From positions 1 to 27,165 of the IMG/VR virus record IMGVR_UViG_3300009095_001069: DNA of 27,165 nt; one strand, 5' to 3'. Source of the stretch: a virus. Taxonomy: Duplodnaviria; Caudoviricetes. The notes under the pieces are model-generated. The model saw only the letters and a program-made list of their open reading frames with translations. It ran no database searches and was not told the DNA's origin. A program made the translations under genes and the position numbers. Each line of letters opens with the position of its first letter. The stretch's first letter is position 1. This document shows positions 18,465-25,361 of the stretch, piece by piece.

Positions 18465-18529
18465 AGTTTTTCGGTTGAGTCTCTGACCGTCTGGCCGGCT
18501 ACAGGTGATTTTACAGGTGTAAAGGGCAA

Positions 18530-18778
18530 TCAGTCACAATACAGGTGTTTGATTTCAACCCTGACTTCTGGCCCATACACCTTTTCCACAAATCGTTTAT
18601 ACATGGGTGCATTCTCTTCATCAGGGACGGAGAAAGACAGGGCTGGGTCTAGGTCCATCATGTAACGGGAGTTCAAAACCCCTGTCTCTTGCAGGACGTA
18701 ATCCTTAACACTTGTTCTGCATTTCTTCGCAAGTTTCCTCACGTCACTTTCATTAATCATTATCCACGTTGTTTTCAT
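18530..18778 (-). CDS. Hypothetical protein (82 aa)
   Basis: ATGA-coupled to the polymerase-like gene. Confidence 0.65.
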   Translation of the reverse strand: MKTTWIMINESDVRKLAKKCRTSVKDYVLQETGVLNSRYMMDLDPALSFSVPDEENAPMYKRFVEKVYGPEVRVEIKHLYCD

Positions 18779-20091
18779 ATGTAAAAGTAATCAAATTTAA
18801 TACTATGGGTGTAACATCTCTCCACCAATGGTAATATATCCTCTTTTTGAATGTCTTCCCCCTGATCCAAGGGTATCAATAAAACAAACTCATCCACAAC
18901 TTCACTTTTAAATTTATGAAGTTCCGTGTTATTATAGTTCTGTAAGACCCTCCTTGGTGAAAAACCCCAGTATCTTGACTCCATCAAGATTGATTCAGTG
19001 GTCGGGACTACCACCAGTTTCTTAAACTTGGTCTTGTCGTCAAAAAGTGGGTTACAATGTAATATATCTTTCTTACCTTTCTTTATCTCCACTTTTATCA
19101 TTTCCAATTGGTTTTCATTCAGAACTTCATTAATCAACTTGGAACATTCCTTTTCCAATTGGTCTTTCTGGGTCTGAATCAGTTTCACGTCTCCCCAGAT
19201 TTCAATTCCATCAAATATCATTTGTTGGGTGATCCCCAACCGTTTCAACAGGGGAGAGTTTTTCAACTTGGAGTAGAGTTCCCAGATAATAGGTGATTCA
19301 TACATTTTGTTCATGATACCTCCCATGTAATATTTCCCATCATTGATTTCTTTTAAATCCTCCATGAATTCGGGAAACTCTCTGACCAACTTATCATGAA
19401 CCTTTTTATAATTTCCGGTGTATTCCTCTTTTGAATTACTGTTCAGGATACAACAGACAATTTTTTTAACTTCGTCCCGTGATTCTACCTCATTTTGAAA
19501 GAATGAATAGAAATCGACCAATACAAGTTCTCTCCACTTCTGATACTCCACCTCAGACCTAAAGAGAGATTCTGTCTCTGAAATCATCCGTGGGTGTCCT
19601 GTCTTCAAATCAATATCAAACAACAAGACTTGTCCGGTATGGGTTCTGAAATTGTGTCTGGTTTCTCTTGGAACCGTTGTCCAAGAGTTGTGATATCTCC
19701 CATCTTTCAGGGAATACACAATATTGGTTTCATCAGAGGACTTTTCAAATCTCTCTTGAAGGGACTTATTCAAACCTGAATCCCATTCCACCTTTTGACG
19801 GTGGTTCATCTTTTCCACCATTGGTTTCAGAACGGAAAAATAAAAAATCTCTCCCTCTTCCGTGATACTGTATTTCTTTTGAAATCCTCCAACTTTGTAT
19901 TTCTGGGAAATACATCTCATGTATCCCTGTTGGATCATCCAACTCAGTATCTCCTTATACCTTGAACAAATACTCTTCAAAAACTGAGAGTCTAAATTTA
20001 TTCCACTTCTGGTATTAAAACGAAATTTCCCCTTCTTAATGAAGGTTATTTGGATTATTTTATATATTTTATAATACTGTCTGTCTGTCAT
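18775..20091 (-). CDS. Divergent family-A polymerase-fold protein with probable N-terminal wHTH (438 aa)
   Basis: GRYH, motif A-like DIDLKTGHP, motif B-like RDEVK, YES, motif C-like IFDG in the expected order. Confidence 0.6.
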   Translation of the reverse strand: MTDRQYYKIYKIIQITFIKKGKFRFNTRSGINLDSQFLKSICSRYKEILSWMIQQGYMRCISQKYKVGGFQKKYSITEEGEIFYFSVLKPMVEKMNHRQKVEWDSGLNKSLQERFEKSSDETNIVYSLKDGRYHNSWTTVPRETRHNFRTHTGQVLLFDIDLKTGHPRMISETESLFRSEVEYQKWRELVLVDFYSFFQNEVESRDEVKKIVCCILNSNSKEEYTGNYKKVHDKLVREFPEFMEDLKEINDGKYYMGGIMNKMYESPIIWELYSKLKNSPLLKRLGITQQMIFDGIEIWGDVKLIQTQKDQLEKECSKLINEVLNENQLEMIKVEIKKGKKDILHCNPLFDDKTKFKKLVVVPTTESILMESRYWGFSPRRVLQNYNNTELHKFKSEVVDEFVLLIPLDQGEDIQKEDILPLVERCYTHSIKFDYFYI

Positions 20092-20274
20092 CTTCTTTTT
20101 TAACGAATGGTGTTTCCCTTATTCGTTAAAATGGGGGAGGTTTTCGAACTCCTCCCCCACTGATTAAAAAAGAAAACAAAAATCAGATAATCCAATTTCC
20201 ATTCACAAATAAATATACACCAGAACAACAAAACATCAATTTATAATAAGTTATTACAGTTAAAATAACTTATT
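20092..20274 (-). promoter_or_regulatory. Structured leader/control region of polymerase-like gene
   Basis: Inverted repeats at 20098-20131 (11 bp), 20132-20159 (9 bp), 20160-20186 (6 bp) and 20245-20274 (11 bp); motif at 20209-20217; 12-codon uORF at 20164-20202. Confidence 0.6.
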
Positions 20275-20456
20275 TTAAAACCATTACCTTTGGCCGGTCA
20301 GAAGTTCCCACGGAAAAAAGTTAAAAAAAGTTTGGTCCACCCCGTAGATTTAGGGGGTTCCCCTGCTAAATAGGTGTCTTATGACAAAACAAAACACACC
20401 TCCCCCACACGAATACGACCTTGAATCAGAGTTCATCTGGCAACTTGGATACCCTC

Positions 20457-21155
20457 TCACCCCAGATTCTTCTTCTGGATGATTCTTTTGTGTTTGTGAT
20501 CCATTTTTGAACTTAAACGGGTGAATATTTCAGTATTCATCCAGTTTCTGTGTTCGTCGTCTGATTCAGAATAAACCGTTTCAAGGGTCTGGAACACAAT
20601 GTCTCCCGTCTCCTTTTCGGTCTGAGTCTTACGGCCAGACCAGAGTAACCAGAGGATACCCCCAACGGACACAAAACCAATGAGCCAAGGGACAAGGGAG
20701 ATTTCCAAGAGCCGGACCCAGCCAAGAGCCGTAATCGACACAAGGGCCGAGATTCCGGCCAGCTCCGTCAACTTGAAGTAGAGGAAGACCCCTGAGAGGA
20801 TCAATGCACCCACGGCAACACGGTTTAAAAGGGTTCTCTGTTCCTCCTTGGCTCTCAGACTCTCCTTCTGGGCCTGATCCCTTAGACGTTGGTTCTCTCT
20901 CTCCAGCTCCCCCACCCGTTTAGCCTGGTCACGTAGCCCCTCTGTGTCCGTCCGTATGCCGTCTGTCTGTTCCTTCACCGGCTCGGCATAGGTTGACCCC
21001 TTCACCAACTCATCAATTACCCCTGTCCGTCCCTCGATGGTGTCGGCCGTCTCCATGATGTTTGGGGAAATCGGATCAACTGGCTTGGAGTGGTTCCCCG
21101 TCTGACACCCCACGGACACCAAGAGGAAAAGGAGGATGAACAACCAACGTTTCAT
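20457..21155 (-). CDS. Lipoprotein with coiled coil and three C-terminal TM helices (232 aa)
   Basis: MKRWLFILLFLLVSVG-C lipobox; heptad region; three hydrophobic segments; ATGA-coupled to GIY-YIG gene. Confidence 0.75.
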   Translation of the reverse strand: MKRWLFILLFLLVSVGCQTGNHSKPVDPISPNIMETADTIEGRTGVIDELVKGSTYAEPVKEQTDGIRTDTEGLRDQAKRVGELERENQRLRDQAQKESLRAKEEQRTLLNRVAVGALILSGVFLYFKLTELAGISALVSITALGWVRLLEISLVPWLIGFVSVGGILWLLWSGRKTQTEKETGDIVFQTLETVYSESDDEHRNWMNTEIFTRLSSKMDHKHKRIIQKKNLG

Positions 21156-21547
21156 CCCGCAGCCTTCCCCAGTCTGAGTTGTAATCCCCCGTTGTAATAC
21201 CCTTCTGACCGGATTGCGTCTTTTAAGATTATCCGTTCAGCCTCAGACCATGATAAGTCCCATTTGGAATTGCAGAATTTGATGATTTTGAAGGTGAAAT
21301 GACCTTTGCCCAAAAACTGTATGTCATCATTCAGTTCTTTAGAACTTCCGGTGTATTCCTTCCAATCGGAATCAACCTTTTTGACGGTTCCCCTAACCTT
21401 CCCCTTCTTTGGTTTGGTTCTCTTGGTAAACCTCAGTATCTTTTTACCAATATAGGTTCTCCCGTTCAGGTTGTTCCGTATCTCATACACAAACCCAACT
21501 GAATCTTCTTTAATACCCTCTTCCGTCTCCCAATGTCCGTAATCCAT
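21152..21547 (-). CDS. GIY-YIG endonuclease, Seg-like (131 aa)
   Basis: GFVYEIRNNLNGRTYIGKK, WKEYTGSS, conserved E and YYN. Confidence 0.88.
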   Translation of the reverse strand: MDYGHWETEEGIKEDSVGFVYEIRNNLNGRTYIGKKILRFTKRTKPKKGKVRGTVKKVDSDWKEYTGSSKELNDDIQFLGKGHFTFKIIKFCNSKWDLSWSEAERIILKDAIRSEGYYNGGLQLRLGKAAG

Positions 21548-21582
21548 ACAGATTAAATATACGGACGGTATATTTAAAGGGG
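21548..21582. promoter_or_regulatory. Back-to-back phage motifs
   Basis: TATATTTAA on minus (21553-21561) and plus (21569-21577), each exactly 5 nt before an ATG. Confidence 0.75.
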
Positions 21583-21876
21583 ATGCGTATTAAAATTGAG
21601 AATCTGGGGATGCCTTACACCGTAGATATTGACGAAACGGAATTTGATTCAATGGGGGAAGCCATCTTTGAGGGAGTTTCCCGAGCTATGGAAATCCATG
21701 TGGGGAAAGGTGAACCATTTCCCTTGGTTATTGAGTGTAGGTGCAAGAGACGGAAATACGACCTGAACACCTACATGCTACTGGTCAATATCAGTGAACA
21801 TGAACTAGCAGACAGAGTATTAAAACACATAAGGAGTAAAAAAATTTATCTCCCTATGGAGTGTTTGTTTTTCTGA
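21583..21876 (+). CDS. Hypothetical protein (97 aa)
   Basis: Fills gap between minus-strand genes; motif 5 nt upstream. Confidence 0.7.
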   Translation: MRIKIENLGMPYTVDIDETEFDSMGEAIFEGVSRAMEIHVGKGEPFPLVIECRCKRRKYDLNTYMLLVNISEHELADRVLKHIRSKKIYLPMECLFF

Positions 21877-21879
21877 AAA

Positions 21880-22944
21880 TCACTCCCTTTGAGCTTTTTC
21901 CATTTTATGAATACAATAGCCGCAATAGCCAGAACCATCTAATTCAGAAACAGGTATTACATCACCACATAACTTACACGTTGAATCCATAGTTTCCAGA
22001 CAATTAAAACATACCATTTTTTCAGTATGGTATGTATCCCTAACGCAATTCCCGCACTCAATCACCACAGGATCACCACCATCTTTTACACTATAGTGAT
22101 TATCCGCAGCGTAATAATTGGACACGGCAAATTCAATTGCATCATCAATCAGATATTCCCTCCTACAAGATACACATTTAAACCTGACCTCATCACGGTC
22201 CGCATTAATATCCATCATGCGAATGAGATTTGAACCACATTCAACACAACACCAGTCATTTAGTATTTCACCAAGATCAGAAACCTTCCAATCAAAGGAA
22301 TCAATTTGCCCCTGAATAATACCCTTCTCATTATTATATATACCACTAAGCTCCGTAAGCTCACCCATTATTTTCTCACCCAGAACATCCTCAGGATTCC
22401 CCAAATCATTATCACGTATAATTCTCCATAAAACGTAATACGCATTTGAAATTAATCCACGTAAGGCAACGGAAGATGTTAAATTGTAAAAATGTTCAAT
22501 ATCATTCCTCTTATCTATAAGTTTACCAAGATTATCCCATTGAACATTAATATTCAGAAGTTCACACCGTTTTTTCATATTAAAGACATCAACCGTCTTT
22601 TTCTTATCCTTGGTTTTATCCTCCACCCATCTTACGGAATTTGTTGCAACAACCTTCTCACATGAGAATCTAACCTTGATAGCCTCAACCCCCTCCCGAT
22701 CAACCATAACATATTTAACAAACAAGAGGACACCGGCCACAATATTACGAGTGGATGACAACAACCGTTTTTCATCAGTTGATTTAAAATCCTCCATTCC
22801 CATTTCAAGAGAATCAATTGCGTTCTTTAATATATTACCTGCAATATTCATATTACTTTCAAAAGAAGTAGGACCCCCAGCCGGAACTTTCCGTTTAAAT
22901 ACATTCAAGAAGACCTTAAACCACTTAACCAAAACAGACTTCAT
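21880..22944 (-). CDS. HEPN-domain protein with C-terminal Cys-rich zinc-binding region (start probably ATG 22944, 354 aa)
   Basis: Helical N-terminal domain with RNDIEH (RX4H); six CxxC pairs; GGAGG RBS and ATGA overlap with thermonuclease stop. Confidence 0.7.
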   Translation of the reverse strand: MKSVLVKWFKVFLNVFKRKVPAGGPTSFESNMNIAGNILKNAIDSLEMGMEDFKSTDEKRLLSSTRNIVAGVLLFVKYVMVDREGVEAIKVRFSCEKVVATNSVRWVEDKTKDKKKTVDVFNMKKRCELLNINVQWDNLGKLIDKRNDIEHFYNLTSSVALRGLISNAYYVLWRIIRDNDLGNPEDVLGEKIMGELTELSGIYNNEKGIIQGQIDSFDWKVSDLGEILNDWCCVECGSNLIRMMDINADRDEVRFKCVSCRREYLIDDAIEFAVSNYYAADNHYSVKDGGDPVVIECGNCVRDTYHTEKMVCFNCLETMDSTCKLCGDVIPVSELDGSGYCGYCIHKMEKAQRE

Positions 22945-23402
22945 TTTAATTTCCTCCAACTCCAAGGCTCAATGGGTTTTGGATCATTCCACAGACCCAA
23001 CTTCTCTTCTTTGGCTTTCTCTTGTGCCTCCCCATACACTGTTTCCTTCTTCGCATACTTGCGAAAATACCAAGCCATACCCTTTTGGATCATGATTAAC
23101 CCCACGTCCTCACCGTCTGAGTTATGGACCTTGGACACGATCCGACCAAAAAAATCTTTCTTGTCTGGGGAGTAGTCCACCAACCGACCATAGACCAAAG
23201 TTGAAAGAGCCTGTTTTGAACTGTTCCCGTAGGGTTGGCCTATCTCGGGTGCATCAATCCCAAAGATACGGATTTTAACCGATTCCTTGGACTCCGTAAG
23301 GACTGTGAGGGTGTCCCCGTCGTGAACCCCTACCACTTTCCCCACATCAGCCAGGACAACCCCACAGAGGGACAGGAGGACGGCTAGGAGACGTATTACC
23401 AC
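22941..23402 (-). CDS. Thermonuclease (SNase family) with signal/anchor peptide (start uncertain, GTG 23402 preferred)
   Basis: DGDT, IRIFGIDAPE, DFFGR and GLW motifs; hydrophobic N-terminus. The track's start lies inside a terminator. Confidence 0.9.
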   Translation of the reverse strand: MVIRLLAVLLSLCGVVLADVGKVVGVHDGDTLTVLTESKESVKIRIFGIDAPEIGQPYGNSSKQALSTLVYGRLVDYSPDKKDFFGRIVSKVHNSDGEDVGLIMIQKGMAWYFRKYAKKETVYGEAQEKAKEEKLGLWNDPKPIEPWSWRKLK

Positions 23403-23441
23403 GGTCCGTAAGGGTCTGACGGAAGGAAGGAAACGGACAAC

Positions 23442-23470
23442 AAAAAACCCCACCCTGTTAAAGGTGGGGT
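23442..23470 (-). terminator. Intrinsic terminator after 119-aa gene
   Basis: ACCCCACC-8 nt-GGTGGGGT followed by a T-run on the minus strand. Confidence 0.8.
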
Positions 23471-23494
23471 GAATGATAGGGGATGTAAGAGAGA

Positions 23495-23854
23495 TTAACC
23501 CTTAGCCGTCTTCTCCACAAACTTTGCGGAACGGTTCACCTGTTTTCCGATTTCCTCAAAGGACTTACCGTCCTTGTGGAGTTTCTTAATAAGGGCCTTT
23601 TCGTCTGCACTGGCCGGACCCTTTTTCAAGGTAGATTCAGACTTAGCACGGGGGGCCTTGGTCTTGGTTGCGGCAACGTAACCGTGAGCCTTCAAAAACT
23701 CGGGGAGGTTGGCATACTTGTATTCAGAAGAGAGTGCGGCAAGTTTGGTGGCTTGTTCACCAAAGGACTTGGCCTGTGCAATCTCGGCATCAATGGCCTC
23801 AATTGCCTCTTTTTTCTTCTTTTCCAGTTCTGCGATACGGTCGGAGCTAATCAT
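23495..23854 (-). CDS. H-NS/MvaT-like architecture protein: coiled coil, basic linker, C-terminal HTH (119 aa)
   Basis: N-terminal heptads, K/A linker, EKALIKKLHKDGKSFEEIGKQVNRS HTH; flanked by terminators; TTGACG upstream at 23928-23933. Confidence 0.65.
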   Translation of the reverse strand: MISSDRIAELEKKKKEAIEAIDAEIAQAKSFGEQATKLAALSSEYKYANLPEFLKAHGYVAATKTKAPRAKSESTLKKGPASADEKALIKKLHKDGKSFEEIGKQVNRSAKFVEKTAKG

Positions 23855-23953
23855 GATGTTTTGATGTATGGGATTAATTCTCTCCCTCTTTGGGATTGGA
23901 GAGGAATAGCGGAAATACCTGTCACCCCGTCAACACATTTCCCCGAGTATTCC

Positions 23954-23987
23954 AAAAAAAAGGGAACCCCTCCTTTATGGGGTTCCC
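23954..23987 (-). terminator. Intrinsic terminator after 133-aa gene
   Basis: GGGAACCCC-8 nt-GGGGTTCCC followed by T8 on the minus strand. Confidence 0.85.
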
Positions 23988-24031
23988 CGTAAATTAACCA
24001 AAAACAATATGTCCTTACTCTGTCCCTATGG

Positions 24032-24433
24032 TCAAAACTCTTCCAGTTCCCCCTCCTTCCATTTTTCATGGATTGAAAGGAACATTTCCCACAAACGGGG
24101 ATTTTCATCCCGTAGATGTTTCTTCAAACCGTAAACATACCCTTTGATGGTCGGGTCTTCATAATGTCCCATCTGATAACCGTAATCCATCCCCAGTAAA
24201 TCCCTCAAACGTTCATATTCAGAACGGGACGTATCTTGAATTGATTCAAATCGTTTCCGTTCATGTTCTGACTGTTGAGGATCAACCTTGTATCCTTCAA
24301 TTGGTTGAATGGTAACAGTTGGTATTTCCCCCAACTCCGTCACCAGTTCATATATGTTACGTTCTACACACTTCCGAAAATCACCAACGGTAATTTCATC
24401 ACTTTCATTTCCCATGTCCTCAACCTCCCTCAA
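24032..24433 (-). CDS. Hypothetical acidic protein (133 aa; start may be slightly downstream)
   Basis: Coupled to upstream ORF; followed by terminator. Confidence 0.6.
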   Translation of the reverse strand: MREVEDMGNESDEITVGDFRKCVERNIYELVTELGEIPTVTIQPIEGYKVDPQQSEHERKRFESIQDTSRSEYERLRDLLGMDYGYQMGHYEDPTIKGYVYGLKKHLRDENPRLWEMFLSIHEKWKEGELEEF

Positions 24434-24675
24434 AGTAGTTTTTGAGTCTCCAACGTGAGATTATTTTGACCCCAGAACGTATTACTACGAATAATATATT
24501 TATGTCCGTCCTTATGGACGAAATAAGTTTTGAGGTCAAAACACCCATTTACAACCCTACTACGAACATAGGGAACACGTTCCAACAAACTATCATTCCA
24601 CAGTTCATCAACCTTGGAATCCATTGTCTTACGGGTGAGTTTCTTAATCCCAACCGTTACATATTTCTTTCTCAT
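24430..24675 (-). CDS. Hypothetical basic protein (81 aa)
   Basis: ATG with AAGGA RBS in an A-rich leader. Confidence 0.65.
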   Translation of the reverse strand: MRKKYVTVGIKKLTRKTMDSKVDELWNDSLLERVPYVRSRVVNGCFDLKTYFVHKDGHKYIIRSNTFWGQNNLTLETQKLL

Positions 24676-24723
24676 ATTTTATTTTCCTTTATTTTAGTTT
24701 TTAGTTTTCAGTTTATCTGAAAT

Positions 24724-25002
24724 TTACTTCTTACCCTTCAATTTACTTGTCCCCACCTTTTTACGGAGAACGGAAACACTCTTTTTTGTCTTTACCACAG
24801 TATCAGGACGAACAAACCACTTAATTTCATTCTCTGTTTTACCCAAAAGAACTGAAATCTTCTTAGGGGAAATCTTACATTCAGTAAGAAACTTAATAAT
24901 TGATTCGTCGTATTCTCCCGAGTGATACAACCCCTTACCGACCCCAACACGGGATTCATTTTCAATAGTCTTAACAATACGGTCAACAATACTGGTATTC
25001 AT
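24724..25002 (-). CDS. Small basic protein with possible HTH (92 aa from ATG 25002)
   Basis: ISPKKISVLLGKTENEIKWFV HTH-like segment; Lys-rich tail; first gene after int. Confidence 0.55.
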   Translation of the reverse strand: MNTSIVDRIVKTIENESRVGVGKGLYHSGEYDESIIKFLTECKISPKKISVLLGKTENEIKWFVRPDTVVKTKKSVSVLRKKVGTSKLKGKK

Positions 25003-25319
25003 AATATTAAAACACTGTTTGGATTGAGTTATGGGGACACAGTAACCCCTTGGTTTTTCTGACAATTGTTTTGGGAATATCGGTATATATCCGTATTCTG
25101 TGTTACCTTCCTCAGACCGTCGGTTTTTATTCCGTCTGTCTCTCAGTTGGTGACGTTCACAACCTTAACAGAGTAATCCGAAAAACCAAGACAAAAGTTG
25201 GTTGCGGACTTGGAAAATGGGCCATACCTGTCAATGATTATTTTAACATTTTCTGCGGTTTCCCTCTGAAAAAAGTTGGATTTGGTCAGAAAACGGACCC
25301 CGAAAAAATTTTAGGACCC

Positions 25320-25352
25320 AAAAAACCCCCTCCATTGACGGTTGGAAGGGGT
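25320..25352 (-). terminator. Terminator after integrase
   Basis: Imperfect ACCCC.TCCA/TGGA.GGGGT stem followed by a T-run just past the stop. Confidence 0.7.
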
Positions 25353-25361
25353 CTGGGTGGG

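Noticed and set aside
20381-20482. 33-aa plus-strand ORF MTKQNTPPPHEY...
   Set aside because: No sense-strand motif or clear RBS, and it overlaps the end of the convergent lipoprotein gene; unsupported.
15303-21547. Group I introns or inteins hosting the endonucleases
   Set aside because: The endonuclease genes are free-standing with their own start signals, and the flanking genes are not split.
23851-24108. 85-aa ORF
   Set aside because: It runs through a strong terminator and the promoter region of the 119-aa gene.
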